Shown here in pieces: positions 54,914 to 64,000 of a stretch of 64,000 bases of DNA. The DNA lies in contig CAZUAR010000003.1 of assembly GCA_964617845.1 (NCBI GenBank), positions 69,908 through 133,907 on the forward strand, read 5' to 3'. Made by a program: the position numbers and the translations under genes. The notes under the pieces are model-generated. The model did not search any database and was not told the origin of the DNA. It saw only the letters and a program-made list of their open reading frames with translations. Source of the DNA: an uncultured Kofleriaceae bacterium. GTDB taxonomy: Bacteria; Myxococcota_A; Polyangia; Haliangiales; Haliangiaceae. The number at the start of each line of letters is the position of its first letter. Position 1 is the stretch's first letter.

Positions 54914-55894
54914 ATGCGATGGGCGGCAATCGTCCTCGGGCTGGCGACGGGTTGCTTCGACCCGAGCGTGCAGCCCGGTGCCCCGTGCGCGTCGAACGGC
55001 GCGTGCCCGGGCTCGCTCGTCTGCGTGGACGGCTACTGCGAGCGCGCCGGCGGCGCAGACCCGGACGCGCCGATCGACAGCGCCGTCGTCGACGCCGCCC
55101 CCGACGCGGACATCGACGCGATGATCGATGCGATGACGACGCCGGCGGACACGGACGGCGACGGCGTCGCGAACATGCAGGACAACTGCGCGGCGATGGC
55201 CAACGCGGATCAGCACGACGAGGACAACGACTCGATCGGCGATGTCTGCGACAACTGCCCGCACGTCGCGAACGCGAACCAGGCCAACGCGATGGACAAC
55301 GACTCGGTCGGCGACGTGTGCGATCCGAACCCGACGCTGGGCGGCGACTCGATCGCGCGCTTCCTCCCGATGCACGTCGTGCCGCCGATGGTGACGACCA
55401 GCGGTGGGTGGAGCATCGTCGGCGACGCCTATGTCCACGGCAACAACATGGACGCGTCGCTGATCGTGCAGGGCGGTCCGTGGACGAACACGACGATCGT
55501 GATCAGCGGAGCGCAGCTCGCGAACATCGTGCCTTTCGTGTGGATCGCCGCCACCGTCGGTGAGTCCGCGGGCGGCTACTACCACTGCGGCTACGAGGAC
55601 GAGAACGACGGCGCTCCCGACTATCACCGCGGAGTCTGGGGGTACGGCATCAACTTCGACTGGGAGTTCTACGACGCGTACGATCACTTCAACGCCGCGC
55701 GCCTCATGGGGCCGTTCACGATCCAGCTCCACGGCAACGCGATGGCGGACGAGATCGATTGCACCATGACCGACACGCGCGGCACCGTGAGCACGGGCAC
55801 GCTGCCGGCGGACTCGCTCGCTCCCGGCAACGCGGGCATCCGGTCCGAGGGCATCAGCTACCAGGTGAACTACATCGTCGTGTTCAAGCGCTGA
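54914..55894 (+). CDS. lipoprotein with thrombospondin type-3-like calcium-binding repeats
   Basis: MRWAAIVLGLATGC lipobox. Repeats DTDGDGVANMQDNC / DEDNDSIGDVCDNC / DNDSVGDVCD match the DxDxDGxxDxxDNC TSP3 pattern. The C-terminal about 200-aa domain is unknown. Confidence 0.65.
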   Translation: MRWAAIVLGLATGCFDPSVQPGAPCASNGACPGSLVCVDGYCERAGGADPDAPIDSAVVDAAPDADIDAMIDAMTTPADTDGDGVANMQDNCAAMANADQHDEDNDSIGDVCDNCPHVANANQANAMDNDSVGDVCDPNPTLGGDSIARFLPMHVVPPMVTTSGGWSIVGDAYVHGNNMDASLIVQGGPWTNTTIVISGAQLANIVPFVWIAATVGESAGGYYHCGYEDENDGAPDYHRGVWGYGINFDWEFYDAYDHFNAARLMGPFTIQLHGNAMADEIDCTMTDTRGTVSTGTLPADSLAPGNAGIRSEGISYQVNYIVVFKR

Positions 55895-55935
55895 ACCACC
55901 CGGCCGGCCCGGCGAGCAGTGATAGCGTCCCAGCC

Positions 55936-56679
55936 ATGCTGAAGGACAAGGTCATCGTCATCACGGGCGCGAGTCGCGGCATCGGCGAGGCGATCGCACG
56001 CGCATGCGTACAGGATGGCGCGCGCGTCGTGCTCGCGTCGCGCAAGCAGGCGGACCTCGACAAGGTCGCCACCGCGCTCGGCGAGCACGCCATCGCGGTC
56101 GCGTGTCACACGGGCAAGGCCGACGAGGTCGACGCGCTGATGGCCAAGGCCGTCGAACGCTTCGGCCGCGTCGACGGCTGGGTCAACAACGCGGCGACGA
56201 ACCCGTACTTCGGCCCGCTGGTCGACATCCCCGATGCGGCGATGGAGAAGACGTTCGAGGTGAACGTGCGCGGCTACCTGTACGGGGCCCGCGCCTTCGT
56301 CAAGCACGCGCGCACGCGCGACGGCGGCGGCTCGATCGTGAACGTCGCGAGCATCGCGGGGATGCGCGCGGCGCCGATGCAAGGCTTCTACGGCGCGACG
56401 AAGGCGGCGGTGATCAGCATGACGCAGACGCTGGCGTTCGAGCTCGGTGGCTCGAAGATCCGCGTGAACGCGATCGCTCCCGGCGTTGTCGACACGAAGT
56501 TCGCATCGGCGATCGTGCAGAATCCGATGCTGCTCGATCACTTCACGAAGCGCGCGCCGCTCGCGCGGTACGGAACGCCCGACGAGATCTCGGGCGCGGT
56601 GACGTACCTGCTCTCCGATGCCTCGTCGTTCACGACCGGCACCACGATCGTCCTCGACGGCGGGTTCACGGCGGTATGA
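55936..56679 (+). CDS. SDR-family oxidoreductase (FabG-like)
   Basis: TGASRGIGEAIA cofactor motif and a YGATKAAV active-site YxxxK. 247 aa. Confidence 0.9.
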   Translation: MLKDKVIVITGASRGIGEAIARACVQDGARVVLASRKQADLDKVATALGEHAIAVACHTGKADEVDALMAKAVERFGRVDGWVNNAATNPYFGPLVDIPDAAMEKTFEVNVRGYLYGARAFVKHARTRDGGGSIVNVASIAGMRAAPMQGFYGATKAAVISMTQTLAFELGGSKIRVNAIAPGVVDTKFASAIVQNPMLLDHFTKRAPLARYGTPDEISGAVTYLLSDASSFTTGTTIVLDGGFTAV

Positions 56680-56999
56680 CGCGCATCCTGGTGCTGCTCG
56701 TCGCACTCGTCGTGTCGAGCCACGCCGACGCGAAGCGGCCCGGCTACATCGACGCGCGGGCGATCAACCTCGTCATCCAGCGCGCCGACCAGCTGATCAC
56801 CGTGGACAAGGGCGCCGATCGCGGGATCACGAAGGACTGGATCCCGCAGCTGCTCGTGAACGACAAGGTGTTCGAGACGGCGAAGGTCACGATCGTCCGG
56901 GTCGACCGGAAGACGACGATCGTCAAGACGAACGTGACGTTCGATCAGATGCCAAAGAAGCTCGGCGTGCGGTTCCTCCCGCCGGGCTCGGCCCCCTAG
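56676..56999 (+). CDS. small secreted hypothetical protein
   Basis: The ATG overlaps the SDR stop (ATGA). MTRILVLLVALVVSSHADA looks like a signal peptide. 107 aa. Confidence 0.4.
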   Translation: MTRILVLLVALVVSSHADAKRPGYIDARAINLVIQRADQLITVDKGADRGITKDWIPQLLVNDKVFETAKVTIVRVDRKTTIVKTNVTFDQMPKKLGVRFLPPGSAP

Positions 57000-59900
57000 C
57001 GCTTCGCGAGGCCCGCGGCGATCGTCTCCGCGATCGTCGGATCGGCGTCCATCGCCGCGGTCCACGCCCGCGCGACCTCGAGGTACGACGCATCGTCGAG
57101 ACCGAACTGCTTGATCGCCTCGCGCGGATCGATCGCGGCGAGGTCGCGCAGCAGCGCGATGTAGTCGCTCGCACGCGCGATCGGGCTCCCGGGAACGACG
57201 ACGCGGTCCTTGAACGGCGGCGGAGGAGGCGCGTCCTCGCCGAGGACCACGCCGCCGCGGGCGCGGAACTCCTGATAGAACGCCTCGCGCGTCATGCGAT
57301 CGCCGAGCGCGGGAATCGGATCGCGCGCGAACGCGGACTGCTCGCGGATCTGCATCGCGGTGCAGCGCGCGATCGCGACGTCGCGATCGCGGTACTGCGG
57401 AGTCTCGGCGAGGAGGGCCGCGGCCGCGGCACGTGCGCGCGGGGTGACCGCGACCGCGTTCTCCGACGAGAAGCGGAAGCGCACGGCCTCGATCGCGGCG
57501 CGCTTCACGCGCCAGCTCTTGTCCTTGTCGGGTGCGTTGGCCGCGGCCGCGAGATCGCTCGCGTCGATCAGCGCGTAGATCGGATCGCGCTGCTTGCCCG
57601 GCGGTGTGGCGACCGCGGGCGCGGTCTTCGTCTTCTTCTTCGCGCGGTCGAGCGTCGCTTCGAAGCCGGCGGTGTTGTCGGGCAGCGGGTTCTTCGCGAC
57701 CGCGTCGGCCGCGAGCTTCTCGGCCTCGTCGAACCTGCCCTGCCCGATCCGCGCGCACGCGAGGTGGTTCCACGCGTTCGTGATCCACATGATGTCGTCC
57801 TTGGCGACGCGCAGCAGGTGGTTCGCGATCGTCTCGCACGTGTCGTAGTCGCCGACCTCGTCGAGGACGCCGGCGTACGCGTTGAGCTGGGTCGCGTCGA
57901 ATGCGTCGAGATCGAGCTGGTACGCGAGCGCGTACGCGCGAACCGTGCGCGGGTTGTCCATCGCCGCATACGCGATGCCGCCGTAGGTGAGCCACTGATC
58001 GGCGCGGACGTACCAGCGGCTCGCGTAGTCGAGGACCGCCATCGCGTCGGGGAGCTTTCCGGCCTGATAGAGCACGCCCGACAGGATCTGCGTCGCTTGA
58101 TCGGGCGTCGCGCGCACGAGGTGGACGAGCGCGTCGGCGATCTTGCCCTGCTGTGCGAGGGCGAGCCCGAGGTTGCGATGCGCCTCGGCGTTCGTCGGGT
58201 CGAACGCGACGGCCCAGCGTCCGAGCTTCTCGGCGCGCGCGGAGTCGCCTTTCTGCAGGGCCTCGAACATCTGCGTCGCGACCTTCGCGAAGTCGAACGG
58301 GATGTCGATCGACAGCTTGTTCCACTTCTCCTCGAGCGTCGCGAACTGCTCGTCGCGCCACGCGGGCTCGGCCGCGGGGAGCCCGGCGACCAGCACGGCC
58401 ACGGCTGCGGGACCGCGGTTGGCGCCGAGGAGCACGCGCGCGGCGTGCATCGCCGGACGCGCCGACAGCCCCTGCGTCAGGTAGCAGGTCGTGTGCAGCT
58501 CGTCGATCGCGTCCTCGAGCTCGATCTCCTTCGCCGCGAGCTGCGCGACGATCGCGTCGGCCCACTCCTCGGCACCGAGGTACCCGGTGTGGAGCGCGAG
58601 CTGGGTCGCCTGCGAGACGACGGCGGCGGCCCAGTTCTTCGGCTGCTCGCGATGGAGGCGCGCGATCGACGCGGCCAGCACCGCGGACTCCTCGGGCCCG
58701 AGGACGCGCGCCGCGATCGTCGCTTGATCGCGCGCGAAGCCGGCGACGTCGCCCGCCGCACGCTCGTCGATGCCGAGGCTGCGCTCGACGGTGCCGAGCC
58801 ACGCGCTGCCGATCCAGCGGTCGACGCGGCGGAGCAGCGGCTCGACCATGCGTAGCAGCGCGCGAGCGTCGCGATCGGTGACCGACTCGCGGTGCGTGCG
58901 CACGAGCGCGAGCGACTCCGCGGCGATCGTGCGCAGCGCGCCGGTGATCGGGGTCGCCGGCATCGTGGTCGCGGCGAGGTAGCGAGCGAGCGAGTGCGCG
59001 GCCATGTACGTCGCGGCTTGCGCGAGCGCGCGGACGTCGTCCTCTCCCGCTTCGGCGTAGGTCGTCTCGAGCCAGCGCGACACGAGCTGGTCGGCCTGCT
59101 GGACGAGTCGCGCGTCGTCGATGTCCTTCTCGGGATCGCGCTTCACGGTGATGCCGTCGAAGAACTTGTCGATCGCCTTCTTGCTGCGCGTGTCCGGCGA
59201 GAAACCGCCGAACGTCGAGGGGTCGACCTCGATCGTCGCCATCGTCTTCCCCTGGCCGAGAGCGCGCGTGACGACGGAGCTCTTCGCGGCGCCCGGGATG
59301 AAATCGGCGATATCTCGCGCCATGCGCCGTGCGATGGACGTAGCTCCGATCGCGACGCGCTCCCCCAGCGCAGCCTCGGCGACATCGATCGGCGCGCACG
59401 ACAGCAGCTGCCCGCACCGCGCGATCGCCACGTGCTCGTCGCGCCCCGGCTCGCCGAGCTCCACGCGCCACATCTCTTCCATGCCGCGCCGCCACTCGCC
59501 CGCGGAGAGCAGAGCCCGCGCCGCCGCGAGCCGCGCGACCGGCCCCGTGTTGTCGCGACCGAGCCCGAACTCCGCCCACGCGAGCGTGACCTCGTCCTCG
59601 CGCCCGGTGGCGACGAGGGCGTCGAGGAGCGCGGCGACATCGACGTCGTCGGCGGGCTGGATGCGACCGAACCCCTCGACGGTGCGCGCCGGGTCGCCGC
59701 GGAAGTAGCCCTCGAGCGCGTAGCACCACGCGACGAACCGCGGGTCCTTCCGCCAGCGCTGGAGGATCCGCGTGTGGCGCGGCCACGTCGCTTCCCGCCC
59801 CTCGAGTCGATTCGCGCGCAGTGCGATCGCCTCGTCGAGCCGCCCGACGTTCATCAGCGCGTCCGCGACCGAGAGGTCGACCTGGATCTGATCCGGGTAC

Positions 59901-61099
59901 CACGGCAAGTGCATGTCCATCGGACAGCCGTGCACGCGCGCGCTGCGCTGCGCCTGCCACAGCCACGCACCGACCCTCCCGGTCAACGGATACAGACCGA
60001 GGAGCGCGAGGTGCGCGCGCGACTGCTCGGCGTGCACCGTCTGCGCGCGTTGCAGCAAGCGGATGCCCTCGTCGACGAGACCCGATCCTTCGAGCAGCGA
60101 CGCCACGCGCTCGATCACGTCGAGGTGCTGCGGCCGGCACAGCGCGGCGATGCCCGCGCCTGCCACGATCTCGAGCTCGCTGCTCGTCGCGCGACCGAGC
60201 TCCGCGTACGGCTTCGCCCAGCACGGCGCTGCAGCGATCACTCGACGGAGCAGCGTGAAGTCGGGCGCGCCCTCGCGGAACTGCGTGAACAGCGCCTGGG
60301 GTTGCTCGGGATCGATCGCGAGGATCAGGTCGTCGAGGTCCTCGCGCAGCGCGAGCTGCAGCACCCGAAGCGCGACGACCTTGAGCGGGTTCTGCGGCAG
60401 CTTGTTCGCCACCGGACGGCCGAGCAGCGAGTGCACCTTGGGCTTCGCCGGCTCGCCTTCGACCGCATCGATCTCGATCTCCAGCGACACGTCCGCGTGC
60501 GCATCCTCGATGCCGGGCGCGCTGTCATCGGCGCTGTTGTCGACGACGAGCGACCACGTCGGCGCCGTCGGCAGCGCCCAGGCGCGCGCTTGCTCGACGA
60601 GGACCGGTGCGATCGGCCGCACGATCGCGATCAGGTCCGTCCACTCGTGCGCGGGATGCCGGCGCGTCAGCGGCGGGAGACCCCGCGACGCGAGCCACGT
60701 GGTGAACAGATGGTTGATCTGATCGCCGAGGTTCGCCGCGCCCGTCGCGGTGAACGCCTCGCGCTTCCCGTCGCGACCGAGGACGTGCAGCTTCGTGTCG
60801 TGGTGCTTGGGCAACGCGACCTCGAGCCACACGAGCTCGTCGCGGCGCGTCGTCGCGTAGAACGAGTCCGTCGGCGTCGCGCCGATCACCGCGTGTTGCG
60901 GCGTGAAGTGCGCGTCGTGCGGAAACAGCGGCGTCGACTCCGCGTCGTAGATCGCGAGCCCTGGATGACGCTGACACGCCTCGATGCACGCGACCCACAA
61001 CACGAGCGCGACCTCGTGCGCGAGACCGACGTCGGATCCCGTGATCGTCACCGAGGGCAACAGGAAGCCCACGCGATGTGGTTTGCGAAGGGCCGGCAT
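56996..61099 (-). CDS. giant TPR/alpha-helical repeat protein
   Basis: About 1367 aa from MPALRKPHRVG (the ATG overlaps the upstream stop as TGATG). Multiple TPR-like units (NAEAHRNLGLALAQQGKIADALVHLVRA, WNHLACARIGQGRFDEAEKLAADAVAKNP). Confidence 0.65.
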   Translation of the reverse strand: MPALRKPHRVGFLLPSVTITGSDVGLAHEVALVLWVACIEACQRHPGLAIYDAESTPLFPHDAHFTPQHAVIGATPTDSFYATTRRDELVWLEVALPKHHDTKLHVLGRDGKREAFTATGAANLGDQINHLFTTWLASRGLPPLTRRHPAHEWTDLIAIVRPIAPVLVEQARAWALPTAPTWSLVVDNSADDSAPGIEDAHADVSLEIEIDAVEGEPAKPKVHSLLGRPVANKLPQNPLKVVALRVLQLALREDLDDLILAIDPEQPQALFTQFREGAPDFTLLRRVIAAAPCWAKPYAELGRATSSELEIVAGAGIAALCRPQHLDVIERVASLLEGSGLVDEGIRLLQRAQTVHAEQSRAHLALLGLYPLTGRVGAWLWQAQRSARVHGCPMDMHLPWYPDQIQVDLSVADALMNVGRLDEAIALRANRLEGREATWPRHTRILQRWRKDPRFVAWCYALEGYFRGDPARTVEGFGRIQPADDVDVAALLDALVATGREDEVTLAWAEFGLGRDNTGPVARLAAARALLSAGEWRRGMEEMWRVELGEPGRDEHVAIARCGQLLSCAPIDVAEAALGERVAIGATSIARRMARDIADFIPGAAKSSVVTRALGQGKTMATIEVDPSTFGGFSPDTRSKKAIDKFFDGITVKRDPEKDIDDARLVQQADQLVSRWLETTYAEAGEDDVRALAQAATYMAAHSLARYLAATTMPATPITGALRTIAAESLALVRTHRESVTDRDARALLRMVEPLLRRVDRWIGSAWLGTVERSLGIDERAAGDVAGFARDQATIAARVLGPEESAVLAASIARLHREQPKNWAAAVVSQATQLALHTGYLGAEEWADAIVAQLAAKEIELEDAIDELHTTCYLTQGLSARPAMHAARVLLGANRGPAAVAVLVAGLPAAEPAWRDEQFATLEEKWNKLSIDIPFDFAKVATQMFEALQKGDSARAEKLGRWAVAFDPTNAEAHRNLGLALAQQGKIADALVHLVRATPDQATQILSGVLYQAGKLPDAMAVLDYASRWYVRADQWLTYGGIAYAAMDNPRTVRAYALAYQLDLDAFDATQLNAYAGVLDEVGDYDTCETIANHLLRVAKDDIMWITNAWNHLACARIGQGRFDEAEKLAADAVAKNPLPDNTAGFEATLDRAKKKTKTAPAVATPPGKQRDPIYALIDASDLAAAANAPDKDKSWRVKRAAIEAVRFRFSSENAVAVTPRARAAAAALLAETPQYRDRDVAIARCTAMQIREQSAFARDPIPALGDRMTREAFYQEFRARGGVVLGEDAPPPPPFKDRVVVPGSPIARASDYIALLRDLAAIDPREAIKQFGLDDASYLEVARAWTAAMDADPTIAETIAAGLAKR

Positions 61100-62883
61100 C
61101 AGACGCCCTCGAGCTCTCCGGGCTTCACGCGCCGAGCGCCTTGCCGCTCGAGCTGCGCGATCGTCTGCACCAGGCACCAGTCACCGTGGACGTAGTAGTC
61201 GGTGCCGGGGAACGGGCCCGAGACAATGCGCGCGCCCGCCTTCTCGATCGCCGCCGTGATCGCGGCCTTGTCGAGGTGCTTGAACTCGCCGGCGAGGTAC
61301 ACCGTCGCACCGGCGAACCCGCGGCCGAGCCGGCGCATCACCGCTTGCAACGGCTCGAGCGATGCGAGGTCGGGCTCGGCATCGATCGGCGCGGGCTCCG
61401 ACAGCTCGAGCACGCCGGCGAGCCCTTTCGCGAGCGCGCCGATCGCCGGCCGCGCGTCGGGCACACGCTCGATCATCCACTGCTCGTGCGGGCCGGGGAA
61501 CGGCTTGACCGACTCGTCGTCGACGATCTCCGCCGCGGGCAGATCCTCGGCGAGGATGCGCGTCGCGAGGTCCGGACGCCCCGCGCGATAACACGCGAGC
61601 GCACGCGCGCAGACGAGCTCCGGCGTATGCAGCCGCGCGGTCGACGCGAGCTCGAGCGCCGCGAACGGCCGGCCCCAGATCGCGAGCTGCAACGCACCCG
61701 CGTCCGCGCCCTGTAGCGCCTGCGCGGCCGCGGCGAGTTGCTTCACGCGACCGCGGCGCGCGAGGTCCTCCATGTACAGCTCGCGCACGAGGTGCTGCGA
61801 CTCGGGATGCGCGGTGACGAGCTCGCGCGCGCGGGCCGGATCGCCCGAGCCCCGCACGGCCCATCCCCACATCGTGTAGAGGTACGCCTCGCTGTGCCGC
61901 GCGAACTTCGTCAGCGCGCCGAGGTCATCCGCCGCTTGCCGGCACCGCGGCGCGCGATCCGCCGGCGCGGTCACCGCGGTGGTACGCGCGACGCGTAGCC
62001 CGCGCACCGTCGGCACGACCTTGGGATGCTGCAGGTGCCACTTCGCGCGCTGCCGCAGGAGATCGATGTACTTCATCCCCTTCAGCGCCGCCTCGAGGCG
62101 CGGCAGGTGCTTCTCGCCGCCGAACGTGATCGCGAGGAACAGCATCTCGAGCTGCTCGTCGATCGCGACATCGGCCGAGCGAGAGACGAGCAACGGCACG
62201 GCCTCCTCGCCGAGCGTCGCCGCGATCAACCGCAGGATGCGAATGCGATGCTGCGACGGGATATCGCCGATCGACACGAACAGCACGCGCGCGAGCGGCG
62301 GCGTCGCGAAGCACTCGAGCGCGTCGCCCCACAGCCCCGGCGCCTTCGCGAAGATCGCCGCCGTCATGTCCGACTGCACGTGGCGAAGCGCGTGCGGCAA
62401 GCGCTCGCTCGCGACCTTGCCCGCGGCCGTCGCCGCATCCGCGAGCTTCGCGAGCGCCTCGTCGGCGATCTGCACCGCATCGGCGGGCCACTGCGTCGAC
62501 GGATGCATCCCGCGCAGCTGGCGATACCCGAGCGTCCACGTCGCTTGCTCGCGCACCGGCTCCGGCGTCTGCGGATCCGCGAGCACGCGCGACAGCCGCT
62601 TGACCGTCTCGACCGAGGGAAACCTCGTCAACCACACGCAGCCCTGCCGCCGCATCTCGACGGAGTGCTTGCTGTCGATCATCCAGTAGCCGACCTCCGC
62701 GAGCGAGGGATCGGCGCCGAGCCAGCCTTCGCCGTCGGTGATCACCCGCGCGAGCCGCTCCGCCGCGAGCCCTTCGAGCGGCCCGCCATCGCGCGGCAAC
62801 AGCTGGAGCGCGTCGCGCAACCGGTAACGCAATGCCGGCGGCACTCCGTCCAAGCCCCCCAGCTTCACGGGCAGTTCGGCCAC
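61099..62883 (-). CDS. hypothetical protein with a C-terminal BRCT domain
   Basis: 594 aa. The last about 90 aa (GATVYLAGEFKHLDKAAITAAIEKAGARIVSGPFPGTDYYVHGDWCLVQTIAQLERQGARRV) fit the BRCT fold signature (hydrophobic core, G-[FY] ... W). It is translationally coupled to the downstream TPR gene. Confidence 0.55.
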   Translation of the reverse strand: MAELPVKLGGLDGVPPALRYRLRDALQLLPRDGGPLEGLAAERLARVITDGEGWLGADPSLAEVGYWMIDSKHSVEMRRQGCVWLTRFPSVETVKRLSRVLADPQTPEPVREQATWTLGYRQLRGMHPSTQWPADAVQIADEALAKLADAATAAGKVASERLPHALRHVQSDMTAAIFAKAPGLWGDALECFATPPLARVLFVSIGDIPSQHRIRILRLIAATLGEEAVPLLVSRSADVAIDEQLEMLFLAITFGGEKHLPRLEAALKGMKYIDLLRQRAKWHLQHPKVVPTVRGLRVARTTAVTAPADRAPRCRQAADDLGALTKFARHSEAYLYTMWGWAVRGSGDPARARELVTAHPESQHLVRELYMEDLARRGRVKQLAAAAQALQGADAGALQLAIWGRPFAALELASTARLHTPELVCARALACYRAGRPDLATRILAEDLPAAEIVDDESVKPFPGPHEQWMIERVPDARPAIGALAKGLAGVLELSEPAPIDAEPDLASLEPLQAVMRRLGRGFAGATVYLAGEFKHLDKAAITAAIEKAGARIVSGPFPGTDYYVHGDWCLVQTIAQLERQGARRVKPGELEGV

Positions 62884-62906
62884 TGTGGGAGCATACTAGC
62901 GAGAGC

Positions 62907-63611
62907 ATGCGCGCCGCCATCCTGGCCACGGTCACGTTCTGGGCGTTCGGGAGTCCCGTCCTCGCCCAGCCGCGGAAGGGCTCGATCAAGGGCACCGTCA
63001 TCTTCGAGGGCGAGGCTCCGACGCGCGCCCCGCTCCGCCGCGACGCAGATCCATACTGTGCAAAGACGCCGAAGCTCGACGAGGACGTCATCGTCACGAA
63101 GGGCAAGCTCAAGGACGTCCTGGTCCGCATCAAGAACGGAACGATGGGCACCCACCCGACGCCCGGCGCGCCCGTCGTCCTCGATCAGAAGGACTGCACG
63201 TACGTCCCGCGCGTCGTCGGCGTCATGCCCGGCCAGAAGCTCGTCGTGAAGAACAGCGACGGGACGTTCCACAACGTCAATGGCCAGGTGCAGGGCGGCA
63301 AGTCGCTGTTCAACAAGCCGCACGAGCCCAAGGGCGCGGACCTCTCGCTCGACGCGAAGGCGGGCGCCGGCGACGTCATCGACATCGTGTGCAACGTGCA
63401 CCCCTGGATGCACTCCTACGCGCTCGTGCAGGACCATCCGTACTTCGCCGTCACCGGCGAGGACGGGACCTTCGAGATCAAGGGCCTGGCGCCGGGCACG
63501 TACACGCTCGAGGCATGGCACCCGACGCTCGGCGCGAAGTCGATGACGGTGAAGATCGGCATCGGCGCGAAGGCAACCATCAGCGCGCGCTTCAGCTACA
63601 AACCGTCGTGA
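62907..63611 (+). CDS. secreted protein with carboxypeptidase-regulatory-like / cupredoxin-like beta-sandwich domains
   Basis: MRAAILATVTFWAFGSPVLA signal peptide. Two repeated blocks GTVIFEGEAP...VVKNSDGTFHNV and VTGEDGTFEIKGLAPGTYTLEAWH, the second typical of CarbopepD_reg-like domains. 234 aa. Confidence 0.6.
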   Translation: MRAAILATVTFWAFGSPVLAQPRKGSIKGTVIFEGEAPTRAPLRRDADPYCAKTPKLDEDVIVTKGKLKDVLVRIKNGTMGTHPTPGAPVVLDQKDCTYVPRVVGVMPGQKLVVKNSDGTFHNVNGQVQGGKSLFNKPHEPKGADLSLDAKAGAGDVIDIVCNVHPWMHSYALVQDHPYFAVTGEDGTFEIKGLAPGTYTLEAWHPTLGAKSMTVKIGIGAKATISARFSYKPS

Positions 63612-64000
63612 CTACCAGTGCGCGCGGCGCACCTCGCGCAGCCACGCATCGACCGCCGCGATCGCCGAGTCCGGCGCATCGGGCGGCAACACCGACGTGG
63701 GCCACGCTGCGTCGATCGCGGCGATCGCGGCGACGAGCCGCTCGCGCCACGTCGCGACCTGCGCGGCATCGAGCTGCGTGCGCTCGCCTTGCTGCTTGAT
63801 CGCGATCAGCTCGTCGATCTCGGGCGGCACGAAGTCGCGCAGCGCCGCCACGTCGGTGATCACCTCGCCGCGCGCGAGCACGCAGCGCCCGGTCGCCGCG
63901 GTGCGCAGCACGTAGAGCGCACGCTTCGCGCTCGGCTTCTCGTCGAACAGCTTCAGCTGACTCGTCGCGAAGCCTCCGTAGTGCTTCGCGCAGCGACGCG
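63612..64000 (-). CDS. hypothetical protein, C-terminal part; the 5' end runs off the window
   Basis: The reading frame is open from 64000 down to the TAG at 63612-63614 (...LRTAATGRCVLARGEVITDVAALRDFVPPEIDELIAIKQQGE...). No family assigned. Confidence 0.3.
   Translation of the reverse strand, partial: RRCAKHYGGFATSQLKLFDEKPSAKRALYVLRTAATGRCVLARGEVITDVAALRDFVPPEIDELIAIKQQGERTQLDAAQVATWRERLVAAIAAIDAAWPTSVLPPDAPDSAIAAVDAWLREVRRAHW

Noticed and set aside
53684-55732. 682-aa minus-strand ORF
   Set aside because: Antisense to the MoxR-like and TSP3 lipoprotein genes.
56538-61195. 1228-aa minus-strand and 767-aa plus-strand ORFs (56538..60224 and 58892..61195)
   Set aside because: Alternate-frame or antisense overlays of the giant TPR gene. 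Arg-rich low-complexity products.

Overview
High-GC (about 70%) bacterial chromosomal window, myxobacterial in character (Sorangiineae/Sandaracinus-like by gene content). Most long ORFs antisense to the real genes are GC-artifacts and are rejected. About 45 genes are supported. The clearest ordinary block is a GlgE-pathway alpha-glucan operon (glgE, a treS-pep2 fusion, glgB, a HAD hydrolase) whose four genes are joined by ATGA start/stop overlaps, with a convergent malQ. Other ordinary genes include an acyl-CoA dehydrogenase, a NarL-type response regulator with a short histidine kinase, an FkbM methyltransferase, an SDR reductase, and a TetR regulator divergent from a fatty-acid hydroxylase. 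The most striking locus is a bacterial major vault protein (MVP) gene sitting 10 bp downstream of rtcB in one minus-strand operon. That operon has a candidate sigma-54 promoter and is divergent from rtcR, the sigma-54 enhancer-binding activator that carries a CARF domain. MVP therefore appears wired into the Rtc RNA-repair stress regulon and is closed by a clean intrinsic terminator. Other unusual items: two adjacent giant poly-acidic multidomain proteins (one with a BNR-like propeller plus SUKH- and SUFU-like immunity-type domains, one HEAT-rich with a 15-bp tandem DNA repeat); a paralogous pair of secreted CxxCH (c-type heme motif) lipoproteins with PPC-like domains in a slightly lower-GC segment; a roughly 1670-aa HEAT/HExxH/vWA protein translationally coupled to a GNAT acetyltransferase; a STAND-type NTPase divergent from a TPR protein; a MoxR-like AAA ATPase with an extra N-terminal domain; a BRCT-domain protein coupled to a 1360-aa TPR protein; and two IS200-like Y1 (HuH) transposase homologs with about 30-bp flanking direct repeats. 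No rRNA, tRNA or CRISPR array was seen.
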